Virus record (IMG/VR): IMGVR_UViG_3300031853_000001
Span: 96,001 to 160,000 of that record
DNA: 64,000 nt
Reading direction: 5' to 3' (one strand)
Source: a virus
Taxonomy: Duplodnaviria; Caudoviricetes
Shown piece after piece: positions 37,120-48,754 of the stretch; position 1 is the stretch's first letter; each line of letters opens with the position of its first letter. The notes beneath the pieces are model-generated. The model did no database searches, was not told where the DNA came from, and saw only the letters and a program-made list of their open reading frames with translations. A program made the translations under genes and the position numbers.

Positions 37120-37329
37120 ATGATCTTTACTAAACAATGGCTAAAAGCCGCGGGTGTTCGTGCTATTAAAACTATTGCTCAAACTGCTATTGCTACTATT
37201 GGCACAAGTGCTGTTTTAGATGAAGTAAATTGGGTCATGGTAGCTTCCGCTTCTGCTTTAGCGGGCATTTTAAGCCTTCTAACTAGCGTCGCGGGCTTAC
37301 CAGAAGTAGAGGAGAAGGAAGAGGCTTAA
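37120..37329 (+). CDS. Holin (r1t-like family)
   Basis: WLKAAGVRAIKTIAQTA...LSLLTSVAGLPEV. Confidence 0.9.
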   Translation: MIFTKQWLKAAGVRAIKTIAQTAIATIGTSAVLDEVNWVMVASASALAGILSLLTSVAGLPEVEEKEEA

Positions 37330-37398
37330 TACCTCTTCCTTGACTTTTTTTTAATTTTATAGTATAATATTTTTGAAGAATAGAAGGAGGACAATATT

Positions 37399-37920
37399 TT
37401 GGAAAGACATAGTAAAGAAAAAGTAATTAATTTGGAAGTATATACTGATGGTTCTTTAAAGAAAACTGGTATGAAATCAACTTTTGGTGGTTGGGCCTAT
37501 ATTGTAACTCAAGATGGTAAGGAGTTATATTATGCGTCTGGGAATGAGCCTAATACTACAAATCAAAGAATGGAATTAATTGCTATTCGTGAAGCTTTAA
37601 ACTATGTAAAAAATGTCCGCCGTAACTCTGAAAAAGTTATTATATATAGCGACTCTGCTTATGCTATTAATTGTTATTTACAAGAATGGTATGTAAATTG
37701 GCAAGCGAATGGTTGGCGCAATGCTAATAAAAAAGAAGTTGCTAATCAAGATTTATGGCGAGAAATTATTCCATTCTTTGATAATTTTTGGTATGACTTT
37801 AAAAAAGTAGAGGGACATTCAGGAAATTATTGGAATGAAGAATGCGATAAACTTGCCCAAGATAAAGCAGAGGAGCTAAAGAAAACTTGGCGAGGTAATA
37901 AAAATTATGATAACAGATAA
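37399..37920 (+). CDS. rnhA: Ribonuclease HI
   Basis: YTDGS, TTNQRMEL, YSDSAY, ANQDLW, VEGHSG..WNEECD. Confidence 0.95.
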   Translation: MERHSKEKVINLEVYTDGSLKKTGMKSTFGGWAYIVTQDGKELYYASGNEPNTTNQRMELIAIREALNYVKNVRRNSEKVIIYSDSAYAINCYLQEWYVNWQANGWRNANKKEVANQDLWREIIPFFDNFWYDFKKVEGHSGNYWNEECDKLAQDKAEELKKTWRGNKNYDNR

Positions 37921-38465
37921 TAGTATTTATGAAGTAACTCGTAATGAATATAAGGGATTTGTAGAACAAATTAAACCCGAATGTAGACGAGTTGAAGTTG
38001 TTGAAATAGATAAGATTCATACCGCAGCAAAAATTTTCAGCACTAATACTGGAAAATGTTTATGTAGTAGATTAACTTATACCGCCGATTATGGTACACC
38101 AGAGCCAGAAAAATATTATGTGTTTGAAATGCCAGAAAATTATGAACGCCGAGCTCCGATACCAAAACAACAAGTAGTTTTAGAAACCAAAGAACAAGTT
38201 CAAGCTTTCTTTGATTTTTTAACGCAACAAGCGAAAAAGGAGAATAATAAAGATGATTGAGATTTTTGCCAATATTCCAGAAGAAATTCGTAAGCAAACT
38301 GAGCTAATCGCAAATTTTATTTTCTCAACTCTTAAACCAGAAGCTGGTTTAAAATTTATAGAAAGTTATATTGCTTCTTGTGAAAACGAAGAAGAAAAAG
38401 AATTTATTCGTTTCTATTTTAATATGAGAATGGAGCAGTTATTAAATGAAAATAATAATGATTAG
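37907..38465 (+). CDS. Two hypothetical ORFs (37907-38260, 38253-38465)
   Basis: Overlapping operon arrangement. Confidence 0.6.
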
Positions 38466-38979
38466 TGGTAAAGCAGGTCACGGGAAAGATACTGTCGCTC
38501 AAATATTAAAAGAGCAATTAGAAGAGCAAAATGAAAAGGTTCTTATTATTAAATTTGGAGATCCTGTAAAATGGTTCGCGCGCGAATATTATGGTTATAC
38601 TGGAATTAAAGACACAAAAGAACGGGCTTTGCTCCAATATATTGGAACAGAAATGATGCGTTCTTATGACGAATATTATTGGGGAAGAATTATAAGTGAA
38701 TTTATCGCGGCAAATAAAGATTTTACTTACGCACTAATTCCTGATTGGCGCTTTTATACAGAACGAGAAGCAATTCTTGCCGCGAATAAAAAATGCTATA
38801 CTTTAAGAATTGAACGTCCTAATTTTATTAATCCTAATATGACAGAAGAACAATTGAAACATATTAGTGAAACAGAATTAGATAATTATTATTTTAATTA
38901 TATTATTTATAATTCTGGTGATTTATCTGACTTGCGCGAAAACGCAAAATTTGCTCTTGACTATTTCAATAAATTATGA
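38446..38979 (+). CDS. Deoxynucleoside monophosphate kinase-like P-loop kinase
   Basis: SGKAGHGKDT, R.LLQYIGTE, IPDWRF..E, HISE..LD. Confidence 0.8.
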   Translation: MKIIMISGKAGHGKDTVAQILKEQLEEQNEKVLIIKFGDPVKWFAREYYGYTGIKDTKERALLQYIGTEMMRSYDEYYWGRIISEFIAANKDFTYALIPDWRFYTEREAILAANKKCYTLRIERPNFINPNMTEEQLKHISETELDNYYFNYIIYNSGDLSDLRENAKFALDYFNKL

Positions 38980-39006
38980 TATAATAAAAGAAAAAGGAGA
39001 AAATAA

Positions 39007-40137
39007 ATGACTGATAACTTATTTGAAATGGAACCAATGCGTTATTGGGCTCCTACTTCTTCTATGTCTCCCGAAGTTAAGCGACAGCATTTAGAGCAAA
39101 TGATTGCTCATGGTGATTATATTTGGAGCCGCAAGTATGATGGTAATTGGTCACGCGCAGTTATTACCCCTGAACGTAATGCTCTTCAAACTCGCGGTAT
39201 TAGTAAGAAAACTGGAACATATGGAGAAATTCAAAATAAAGTTTTCTTTTGGGATAGCGTTGTAAAGGCATTTTCGCGCGAAACAGTTATTCTTGGTGAA
39301 GTTTATCTTCCTGGTGGTATAGATAAAGACGTTGGTTCTATTCTTCGTTGTCTAGATCCAAAGGCTCAAGCTAGACAAAAAGACAAGAAACTAGAATGGA
39401 GAGTTTTTGATGTTCTTGTCCTTGATGGTGTTGATATGATGAATACTCCTGTTGAAGAGCGCATTCGATGTATTCCAGAAGTAGTTCATCGTATTAACAA
39501 CCCTCTTGTTATAGGAATTGAATACCATTATATGGATGAAGATTTTTTTGATGATTTAAATAATATCTTTGCAGAGGGTGGGGAAGGAGCTGTATGTTAT
39601 CGTCGTTCTTCTATTTATGTTCCTGGTAAACGAGGCCCATCTGCTTGGGAAACCTGTAAAGTAAAGCAAGAAATTTCCGCAGATATTGACTGTTTTATTA
39701 CTGGCGTTGAACCTGCTGTGCGTGATTATACTGGTAAAGATATTCAAACTTGGAACTTCTGGGAAGATGAACGTAGCGGAGAAAAGTTAGTTGGCCAATT
39801 ATATGGAGATTATAGAACTGGTCGCGCAATTCGCCCAATTTCTAAAGGCTACTATTATGGATGGCCTGGCGCTATTTATACAAGCGTATATGATAATAAT
39901 GGTAATATTATTCCACTTTGCAAAGTAGCTGGTCTTACAGAAGATTTCAAAACGGAACTGCGAGATAATTTTGAAGAGTGGAATATGTGCCCGCTAACAA
40001 TTGGCGGAATGATGGTTTCAACCGCGCAAGCAGAAAGTGATGGAACTGGCGTTTCAATTCGTCACCCTTATATAAAGAGTATTAGAAAGAATGATATTGA
40101 CCCCAAAGATTGCACTTTGACAAAAATTCTTTCTTAA
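39007..40137 (+). CDS. ATP-dependent DNA ligase
   Basis: RKYDG, ILGEVY, VFDVL, EGAV, CKVK, OB-fold ending SIRHP. Confidence 0.85.
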   Translation: MTDNLFEMEPMRYWAPTSSMSPEVKRQHLEQMIAHGDYIWSRKYDGNWSRAVITPERNALQTRGISKKTGTYGEIQNKVFFWDSVVKAFSRETVILGEVYLPGGIDKDVGSILRCLDPKAQARQKDKKLEWRVFDVLVLDGVDMMNTPVEERIRCIPEVVHRINNPLVIGIEYHYMDEDFFDDLNNIFAEGGEGAVCYRRSSIYVPGKRGPSAWETCKVKQEISADIDCFITGVEPAVRDYTGKDIQTWNFWEDERSGEKLVGQLYGDYRTGRAIRPISKGYYYGWPGAIYTSVYDNNGNIIPLCKVAGLTEDFKTELRDNFEEWNMCPLTIGGMMVSTAQAESDGTGVSIRHPYIKSIRKNDIDPKDCTLTKILS

Positions 40138-40182
40138 TATAAATAAATCTAAGTCGCGCGAAAACGCGGCGAGGAGGAACAA

Positions 40183-40779
40183 ATGAGCGACCTTGAATTT
40201 TTGGGTTTTGCTAATGATGTTAGCACTTTAGACCCAATAATGTATCAATATTTTAATCAGCTTTTAAGAAAAAGAACTATTGTTTTAAATGCTGAAATTG
40301 ATGAAAGTATTTTAGAAACAGTAGTTCTACCTTTAAAAGACTTTGAACAAGACACAGATGATACCCCAGTTAAGTTAATTTTAAATACTCCAGGCGGTTC
40401 AGTAGCTGATGGTTTAATGTTATGTAATATTATTGATAATTATAAAAAACCATTAGAAATTATTGTACCATCTTATTCTTGTAGTATGGGAACTATCATT
40501 TTATGTTCTGGAAATAAAAATCCTAATGTTATCAAGAAAGCATATCCCTTTTCTTTCGCTTTATTCCATAGCGGCCAAACTTATGTCGGCGGCGAATCTA
40601 CTTCTGTTGAAGATGTTATGAATTTCAATAAGGGCGTTGATAATAAAATCCGCGATTATATTATTGCTAATACTAATATAACCGAAGAATTATATGATGC
40701 CCATCATCGCAAACAGTGGTATATTTCCGCAGAGGAAATGCTGAAATATGGACTAATAAACGAAATTATTGGGGCGTGA
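40183..40779 (+). CDS. clpP: ClpP-like protease subunit
   Basis: LNTPGGSV.DG, CSMG, LFH, YISAEEMLKYGLI. Confidence 0.85.
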   Translation: MSDLEFLGFANDVSTLDPIMYQYFNQLLRKRTIVLNAEIDESILETVVLPLKDFEQDTDDTPVKLILNTPGGSVADGLMLCNIIDNYKKPLEIIVPSYSCSMGTIILCSGNKNPNVIKKAYPFSFALFHSGQTYVGGESTSVEDVMNFNKGVDNKIRDYIIANTNITEELYDAHHRKQWYISAEEMLKYGLINEIIGA

Positions 40780-42028
40780 TAATGTGATTAATTTTCTTGA
40801 CACTTCTGCTATTTTAAATGGGGCAATTAATTTATATGAAAATATTTATATTAGCCCATTAGCAATCGCAGAATTAGAAAATATTAAAACCTCCATTCAT
40901 AAAGATGACAATTTAAAATATAAAGCACGGCAAGCCGTAAGAGATATTCTTGCCAATCCTAAAATTATTGTTCAACCAATTTCTCAAAAATTGGTTGAAA
41001 AAATTTTTAAAGAGTATCCTTTTTTAAGTGATATAAACGACCATCATCTACTGTGCGAAGCAGTTGCACTAGATAGAAAAACTGAATCAGTTAATTTTAT
41101 TACCAGTGACTGTGCGTTATATGAAATGGCTAAATTTGTAGATTTAACCACAACTACATTTCTTGAAGAAAATGGAATGGAAAAATTCCAAGAAACATTT
41201 TATTGTGGTTATGGCAAATATTACCCAACAGATGATGAGCTTGTCAAACTTTATTCAGAAGGTTTAAATCAAAATGTATTAAATGCGAAAGTAAATGAAT
41301 ATTGTGAAATTTTTGACCATAATGGCTCTCTAACAGATATTTTACGTTGGGATGGCAAATCATACCAACATTTAAAATATATAAATATAGAAAATAAAAC
41401 ATTAGGTATTAGAGTTTCACCGCGAAATTTAAATCAGAAAATGATGTTTGATTTATTACAAAATCCTGAAATTCCTATTAAATTAATTACAGGAGTTTAT
41501 GGTAGCGGCAAAGACTACTGTGCTTTGATTCACGCACTTAATTTAATTGAGAAAGGTAAAAAGAATAAATTAGTTTTCGTTAGAAATCTAATTGACTTAA
41601 AAGACACCCCACAAATTGGTTTCTTACCAAATGATATAGAACAAAAAATTGGTTGGGGCCTTGGGCCAATTAAAGATATTTTAGGCGGCGACCAAGCCCT
41701 TGAAATATTTACTTCACAAGACCAAATAGAGGCAGTAAATTTAGGTTTCTGCCGCGGCCGTAGTTGGGAAAATGCGATAATATATGTAACTGAAGGCCAA
41801 AACTTAACAAGCTCTCAAATTAAATTACTTATTTCTCGTTTAGGAGAAGGTTCGGAAATTATTATTAACGGAGACTATCACGGTCAAGTTGATAAAGAAA
41901 TTTTTGAAAAGGATAATGGGATTAAAGCTATGCAAAATAAATTAGTTGGGCAGTCAATGTTTGGTTGTATTGATTTAATTAAAACAGAGCGTAGTAAAAT
42001 GGCTGAATTAGCTACGCTATTAGATTAA
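40769..42028 (+). CDS. phoH: PIN-PhoH protein
   Basis: FLDTS PIN start; Walker A GVYGSGK; GFLP; RGRS; EGQN; RLGEGS. Confidence 0.9.
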   Translation: MGRDNVINFLDTSAILNGAINLYENIYISPLAIAELENIKTSIHKDDNLKYKARQAVRDILANPKIIVQPISQKLVEKIFKEYPFLSDINDHHLLCEAVALDRKTESVNFITSDCALYEMAKFVDLTTTTFLEENGMEKFQETFYCGYGKYYPTDDELVKLYSEGLNQNVLNAKVNEYCEIFDHNGSLTDILRWDGKSYQHLKYINIENKTLGIRVSPRNLNQKMMFDLLQNPEIPIKLITGVYGSGKDYCALIHALNLIEKGKKNKLVFVRNLIDLKDTPQIGFLPNDIEQKIGWGLGPIKDILGGDQALEIFTSQDQIEAVNLGFCRGRSWENAIIYVTEGQNLTSSQIKLLISRLGEGSEIIINGDYHGQVDKEIFEKDNGIKAMQNKLVGQSMFGCIDLIKTERSKMAELATLLD

Positions 42029-42105
42029 GAGGGAGAGAAATCTCCCTCTTTTATTTTTTGACTTTTTTCAGATTTTATGATATAATAAAAAAAAAGGAGT
42101 AAAGT

Positions 42106-42408
42106 ATGAACCAATATTTTGAAGAACAAAAGAGAAAGTTTTGGATTTTATCGGGACTTAACGAAGATAATTTAGTTGAGTTTTGGGCTGACCAAACCTA
42201 TGATGCATATCAGGATGATGTCGCAGCGATGGCTGCTTTTGTCACAGTTTTAAATCATAAGTGCTGGTATTGGTATGATAAAGGAAATGAAGAACTTTCT
42301 AAAATCTATTCAGACCTTTATTATAAATATAACGATTTAGAATGGGATTGGTTAGAAGCCCACGGAACTTCTGAAGAAAAAAGTTGGTATTTTGATACTT
42401 TGGATTAA
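42106..42408 (+). CDS. Hypothetical protein
   Basis: Promoter and RBS; VLNHKCW motif. Confidence 0.65.
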   Translation: MNQYFEEQKRKFWILSGLNEDNLVEFWADQTYDAYQDDVAAMAAFVTVLNHKCWYWYDKGNEELSKIYSDLYYKYNDLEWDWLEAHGTSEEKSWYFDTLD

Positions 42409-42420
42409 TGGAGGAGTAAT

Positions 42421-43209
42421 ATGAAAATTTATTTAGCAGGTTCAATATTTTATCACGGTGACGCTCTGCGAAACACAGAATGGGCCGCGAAAATTCGTGC
42501 GGCGGTTCCCAATGTAGATTTATATAGCCCTATTGAAAATACTGAAATTAATGGAGCAGAAGGCAAAAAGAAATTCGCTGGTTCACAAGAAATCGCTAAT
42601 GGCGATAACATTAGATTAAATAACACTGATATTCTTGTTGCTTGTATTGACGGCGATATTCTTCCTGCGGGAACTTGTGCAGAAATTGGTAAGTTCCACG
42701 AAAAAATTGAGCGTGGCGACCATAAATATATTGTAGGTATTTGCACAGATAATCGTCAAATGTATTTAACTCATAGCGAAGCTAAAAATGCAGGTGGTGC
42801 CGCCTCACTTGGAGAACAGCAATATAGTTATCAAAATTTATATGTAACCGGTCTAATTAAGCAAGGCGGTATTTTAGTATCTAATATTGAAGATGCCATA
42901 AATTTTATTAAAGAAAAAGAACCTGAATTTAGTGAACAAAATCCAATTATTTACTTTGATAAAAATAAACTATTAAAAATGACTTCAAGAGTGCAAGCTT
43001 ATGGTAAACCAATGATTTATTGTAATGATCTCTATGCTAGTCAAATGCTCAATAGTATTATATACAAAAATGAAGAATACCAAGCAAAAGGCCTCATTGG
43101 AAAATTTTATGGCACCCCAGTATATAAAAATAATAGCTTATTTGAAAACAATGAACAACCTCAAGCAATGGTAGTACCAATTTTACAGGAGAAGTTTAAA
43201 AATGAATAA
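42421..43209 (+). CDS. Nucleoside 2-deoxyribosyltransferase-like protein
   Basis: KIYLAGSIF, YSP, D...L...D, GTCAEIG. Confidence 0.8.
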   Translation: MKIYLAGSIFYHGDALRNTEWAAKIRAAVPNVDLYSPIENTEINGAEGKKKFAGSQEIANGDNIRLNNTDILVACIDGDILPAGTCAEIGKFHEKIERGDHKYIVGICTDNRQMYLTHSEAKNAGGAASLGEQQYSYQNLYVTGLIKQGGILVSNIEDAINFIKEKEPEFSEQNPIIYFDKNKLLKMTSRVQAYGKPMIYCNDLYASQMLNSIIYKNEEYQAKGLIGKFYGTPVYKNNSLFENNEQPQAMVVPILQEKFKNE

Positions 43210-43531
43210 ACTTGGCTACTGTCCTTTCTTTTCATACTGCTCGCATAAAGACGATATATACCATGCATCGTTGCCTTATAAAAAATGTTGCCATTATACT
43301 ACTTTTATTAATGAAATGTATAAATTATATAATATGAAACCAGAAGATTTTTTGAAATATATAGGAGTTAAAAATGAATAGTTTAAAAAAACAAATTTTG
43401 AATTTATACCAAAATTGGTTTGAAAAAAACTACCCTGTTGATTATGAATCATATAAAGATGCATTAAGAAAAACTAGTGAATTATTGACTAGCATTTATA
43501 ATTTAACTAAAAATTATGAAGGAGAATAATT

Positions 43532-44806
43532 ATGAATAATATGTTATATGGTATTAACGATAAACTACCTACAAAGCGACTAATTGTCGCCGCACTACAA
43601 CAAGTAGTTGCTTGCTTTGTTGCGACAGTTCTTATCCCGCAAATTTGTGGAGTTCCAATTGCTCCTGCAATGTTAGGCGCGGGTTTAGGCACTCTAATTT
43701 ATCAACTATTCACTCGCGGCCAAAGCCCTATGTTTATTAGTTCTTCTGGCGCTTTTGTCGCCGCTGTTATTGGCGCATTAACATTAGGAACAGCTCCTAA
43801 TTATTCAGCCGTATTTGTTGGTGGTCTAATTATTTGTGCAGTTTATTTTATAATTGGTTTAGCGATTAATCATTTTGGAACAGATTGGATAAATAAATTA
43901 TTACCTCCAGTTGTTATTGGCCCAATTGTAGCTGTAATTGGTTTAAATCTTGCTACTTTCTTACCAACTTATTTTCAAGTTAATGGTCAATATAGCCTAA
44001 TTGGTTTTGGACTTGGAATACTTACACTACTAATTACTGCTTTAATTTCACATTATGGAAAGGGTTTTATTAAAAATCTTCCATTTTTAATAGCCATTTT
44101 AATTGTTTATGTTTTTTCTGCGCTATTAACTGTTTGTGGTATTCCCATTATAGATTTTTCTGTTTTTAAGAATGTTAAATTAATTCAAATTCCAGATTTT
44201 TCATTCTTACATTTTAATGGATGGAATTGGGCTTGGCTACCACAAATTCTACTTCTATTTCTGCCCCTAAGTTTAGTCACTATCTGTGAACACACATCCG
44301 ACCATAAAGCCTTAAGTGCTGTTATTGGAACAGATTTGACGCAAAACCCAGGGCTTGGTTATACTCTAATGGGTGATGGGGCCGCTACTGCTATCGGTTC
44401 ATTATTCGCGGCAATGCCTAATACCTCCTATGGGGAAAGCGTAGGCACAACTGGATTTAGCCGTATTTGTTCTAAATATGTTATTGCTCTCGCAGCTGTA
44501 ATTATGGGTGTTGCAGCCTTTATTGGCCCACTCCAAGCTTTCTTAATCAGCGTTCCATCTTGTATTTTTGGTGGCTGTGCTGGCGTATTGTATGGTTATA
44601 TTACTTTAAGTGGTATTCGCACTATTAAAGATAATGATATTGATTTAAATAATAATAAAAATATTATTATTCTTGCTGCTGTTCTTACTCTTGGTGTTTC
44701 TGGCGCAGTTTGTAATTTTGGTGTAGTAAGTATTGGAACAACTGCTCTTGCTATGATTGTAGGTATTGTTCTAAATCTTATCTTAAAGGAGGAGAAGGCA
44801 GCATAA
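43532..44806 (+). CDS. NCS2 uracil/xanthine permease (UraA/PyrP-like)
   Basis: SSSGAF, PPVVIGP, EH..D, GDG, PNTSYGES signature; many TM helices. Confidence 0.9.
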   Translation: MNNMLYGINDKLPTKRLIVAALQQVVACFVATVLIPQICGVPIAPAMLGAGLGTLIYQLFTRGQSPMFISSSGAFVAAVIGALTLGTAPNYSAVFVGGLIICAVYFIIGLAINHFGTDWINKLLPPVVIGPIVAVIGLNLATFLPTYFQVNGQYSLIGFGLGILTLLITALISHYGKGFIKNLPFLIAILIVYVFSALLTVCGIPIIDFSVFKNVKLIQIPDFSFLHFNGWNWAWLPQILLLFLPLSLVTICEHTSDHKALSAVIGTDLTQNPGLGYTLMGDGAATAIGSLFAAMPNTSYGESVGTTGFSRICSKYVIALAAVIMGVAAFIGPLQAFLISVPSCIFGGCAGVLYGYITLSGIRTIKDNDIDLNNNKNIIILAAVLTLGVSGAVCNFGVVSIGTTALAMIVGIVLNLILKEEKAA

Positions 44807-44824
44807 ACTGCCTTCTTCAAAATT

Positions 44825-45932
44825 ATGAGTTGTATAGGATGTAAAAATTTTTACTACCGTAGTGATGGTAGCGGCTGCTGTGATATGCCTTATAAAGACG
44901 CTTGCTTAAACAATAATTTTCAATTTTATCAATTGCCAATTTGTGAAGGAGATTCTGGTTTTTCTAGTAAAGAAGCCGCAGAAAGATATTTTAGACAAAA
45001 ATTTCTTTGTGGTTTACGAGCCAAAGCTTCATTTCTTGATGATTATTTAGTAGAAGATAAAAATAGTTTAGATATATTTTTACGCGAAAATTTAGAAGGA
45101 ACTCCACCACCACCTTTATTTTGACTTTTTATTTAATTTATTATATAATAAATATATAAAGGAGGAAATATGATTTGTGAACAATGTCCTTTTGGTGAAT
45201 TAGTTCAAGTAGATTCTTTTATTTGGATGATTAAATGCACTATTGAGGATACACTAATGGCTCGAGAAGATGAATGTTTTTTCCCTGAAACAATTCAGGA
45301 GAAAGGAGTTTAATTTGAATCAATGGCACGAATATTCTTATTTAGCTAAAACTTGTGGTAATACACATTGCAAATATTTTACAATAAACGGATGTATACA
45401 CCCTAATGTAAAAGCTTGTAAAAGTGCTAGTTTATATTGGCCTTGGCAATTAGATTATGATAATATGAAAATTTTAATTAAGAAAAGGAATGAGATAAAT
45501 GAAATATAAATTAGCAATTGATTATGAATATATACGAGATGTGCAAGAAGAATATGATGAATTAATTGAAGATGGTTATTTACCTGATGAAGCAAAACGA
45601 CAAATTGAATCTAATTTAAAAGAATTAGCTTATAAAATTAGTGGCCGTGCAGATAATACTTTTTGGGGCGGATACACCGAAGTTATTAATGTGGAGGAAA
45701 TTGATGAATGAAACTTAATATAAATAACCATCAAAGTGTAAAAATGTTTAAACATACTTGTATGCGTGGATTGTTTCATCATAAAAGACGAGTAAGAAAG
45801 AAGAATTACGCTCGCGCGCATCGAAATCTTGAAATGTGGATGGGCGCTAAAAATAGAAAAATTAATCTTATTCGCGCGAAAAAATTAACTGGATGGAGAG
45901 AACCAGAATGGTATTTAGTTAGAGGCTATTAA
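44825..45932 (+). CDS. Cluster of small hypothetical ORFs
   Basis: 44825-45124, 45270-45509, 45499-45711, 45708-45932. Confidence 0.5.
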
Positions 45933-46054
45933 TTTTTATTAGTATAATAAAATGATAGAAATTAAATTAGAAATATTACTTATCTATTGGTAAGAATATT
46001 TCTTTTTACTTAAAGATGTGCTAAATATGTCCGCACATTTCAAGGAGGATAATT

Positions 46055-46249
46055 ATGATACAAGAAATCATTAATAAGTATAAACAGTATCAAATGGATA
46101 ATAGATTAACTCAGCAACAAGCAGCTGATAAAGTTCATATTAGCAGAACTCATTTATCAAGAATTTTTAGTGGTGAAAGAACTCCATCTATGACATTACT
46201 TAACCGTATGGAAGAAGTAATGAAAACTGGAAGCAGTAGTAAATATTAA
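46055..46249 (+). CDS. XRE-family HTH regulator
   Basis: LTQQQAADKVHISRTHLSRIFSGERTPS. Confidence 0.85.
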   Translation: MIQEIINKYKQYQMDNRLTQQQAADKVHISRTHLSRIFSGERTPSMTLLNRMEEVMKTGSSSKY

Positions 46250-46262
46250 TCAAATTAACAAA

Positions 46263-46822
46263 ATGACAAAGAGGTATTCAGGTATGACAGATAAAAATAT
46301 TTATCGAGTATATACTCGTTGGTTAGCTTATGAGCTAAGAAAATTAGGATTTAAAATAGTTGGAACAGATATAAATGAATATCATCCAGAGTATACTGTA
46401 TGGCTTTTTGAAAATAGTCAAAAATTACAACAAGCAATTCCTAATTTAACTAAGCAGCATAAGCATAGTTAAGGAGGAAATCCAAGATGGCAAATACTAC
46501 AAACGCTCCCGCTTTATATATAAGCGGGCAAAAATGGAAACAACAAAATGAACAGCGTATAAGTGTCGCTGATAGATTATTAGTAGCAATAGGTAATAAA
46601 AAAGGATTAACCGCAAATGATAGATTATTACTTATAGTTCTTATTGGACAAACTGATGACCCAACTCGTCCATTTCATCCTTCCGAAAAATGGATAAGAG
46701 ATAGAACTGGAATGTCACACGATACATATATAGAGCGACGTAAATCTCTCGCGGCAAAAGGTATAATTGATTTTAAAGAATACGAATCTATTACTATTAA
46801 TTTAGAATCTTTAGAAAATTAG
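46263..46822 (+). CDS. Small protein (46263-46472) and winged-helix-like protein (46487-46822)
   Basis: PS..WI..RTGMS..TY...RK.L..KG.I resembles the wHTH of replication initiators. Confidence 0.5.
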
Positions 46823-47087
46823 TCGGAAATTCCTACTTATTAACAAGTCGGAAAATCGTTCTATATTTTAGGTAGGAAATTTCGTGGCAATAAGTCGGAA
46901 ATTCCTACTTATTATTAAGTAGGAAAATTCTACCTATCAAAAGTCCGAAAATCCTACCCATAACATAATAAGAACATAATATATAAAACATAATAATAAC
47001 ACAAAAATAAAAATTACGACAGGTAGGAATTTCCGACCCTCTTACATTTACTGCTGTGCCCGTTGGGCTTCGCAGTAAATGTAAGAG
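46821..47087 (+). repeat. Iteron-like repeat array + AT-rich AACATAAT repeats + long hairpin (putative origin)
   Basis: AGTCGGAAATTCCTACTTATTA at 46821 and 46893, four degenerate copies, one inverted copy ~47021-47038; hairpin 47039-47087. Confidence 0.65.
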
Positions 47088-47171
47088 CCGCTTCGCGGGA
47101 TTTTGTTATAAAAGAATTTGACTTTTTCTAAAAACTATGTTATACTAAATAAAAGAAAAGGAGAATTAAGT

Positions 47172-48460
47172 ATGTATAGATATAAGCAAGAGAAACGTTG
47201 GCGGTCAAAAAATAAAGCCGCAGAACTTGATCCAAACTATCCAATTGACCCAGAAGTTCTACAAAAGCAAGAAGAAGCAACTGCAAAACTTGAATTAATT
47301 TATCGTGAAATTGATACACAAGAGGTAAGTGGCAATGGTGCCCATGAACATATTTGTACTTTTGAAATGCTAAGTAATGATAAAACCCGTCAAGCCCGAG
47401 AATGTAAGGAATGGTTAAAGAAACATCCTATTAAATATCCAACAGACGATGATTTTTGGGAGCCTTGTGATTTTTGTGCTATGATGAATTATGTGGCACA
47501 AGATGACGAAGGAAAGATTATGTATGTATCAAGAGCTTTTCCAGAAAAACGAATAAATTGGACCAAAAGATTTAAGGAGACTAATAATGTTTCATTATAG
47601 GTATGATATGATTGGAGCTGATTTAGATTATAATATTCATAAACATCCTCAACAAGATTTAGAAGATAGAGGATACAAATGGATAAAAAGTGAACCTTTT
47701 TCAATTGCAGATTGTTGGATTTTTCGTTTTCAAAATGAATTAGAAAATCCTCCAAAGTATTTACAAAGAATTTCAAATGATTTTAAGTTTTCAGACGAGA
47801 GGTAATTAATATGATTACAATTATTCAAAATCGTGGAACTGGTAAGGCAAAGAAACTACTTGAGACCGCGCGCGAAAAGAACGCAACAATTATTACCCAA
47901 GACAAACGAGCTTTTGAAGTAAAAGCAAAATCTTACGGCTTTTCTGATGTTGAAATTTTAGATTATGACGATTTAGAAGATGATAACTATACTATTGACA
48001 AGCCAGTTTTAGTTCATAATGGAGATAAGTTTTTAGAGTATCTACTTGACCGCTATTATGGTTTAGATATAATTGGCTTTAGCGCCACACAGGAGGATTA
48101 ATTATGAATTATACGACTACTACTAATTTTAAAAATAAAACTACTCTAGAGCATTTTGAAGATATTTATTGTCGTATTAATAAGCTAGAAAATTATATGC
48201 TTGGAATTAAGAAAGACAATAAACCAGCAGATATTAATATTGTTGCAAACTTAGATTTAAAGAATGATAAAGCAATAGAAAATATTCACGAAGTAAAAGA
48301 AGAAGTTGAAGAATTAAATGATTTACTCGCGGAGTTAGAACTACCAGATATCCGCCCAATCATTAATTTCTATGGCTGTTCCTTCAATTTTGGAGAAGGT
48401 TCCGCAGAAGCTACTTATCATATGGGCGATGACAATTGGGAAAGAAAGGTTGAGGATTAA
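47172..48460 (+). CDS. Four hypothetical ORFs (47172-47600, 47587-47805, 47811-48101, 48104-48460)
   Basis: RBSs and coupling; 47811 has a degenerate P-loop RGTGK. Confidence 0.55.
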
Positions 48461-48551
48461 TCAATAAAATAAAGATTTTTCCTAAAAAAAGAAGAAAACA
48501 CATTAATTCATTTCCTATAATATTACTTATCTTATGAAAGGAGTGGTTCAT

Positions 48552-48749
48552 ATGGGTTTAAAAGAAAAAATTCAATATTTAATTGATAAAGGTTTTTCTT
48601 GCGGCCAGGTAGGAAAAATTTGTAATTGTCATTCTTCTTCTATTTCTAAATGGTTAAATGGAGTTTCACAAATTTCACCGCGAATGGAAGAATCAATTGA
48701 AAATCATATGAAATCATTTCTAGAAGATTTAAATAATATTTGGAAGTGA
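48552..48749 (+). CDS. Small HTH protein
   Basis: FSCGQVGKICNCHSSSISKWLNG. Confidence 0.6.
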   Translation: MGLKEKIQYLIDKGFSCGQVGKICNCHSSSISKWLNGVSQISPRMEESIENHMKSFLEDLNNIWK

Positions 48750-48754
48750 TTTAT

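Noticed and set aside
47118-47171. TTG starts for ORFs at 47118 and 20349
   Set aside because: These TTGs are the -35 boxes of promoters; RBS-supported starts lie downstream.
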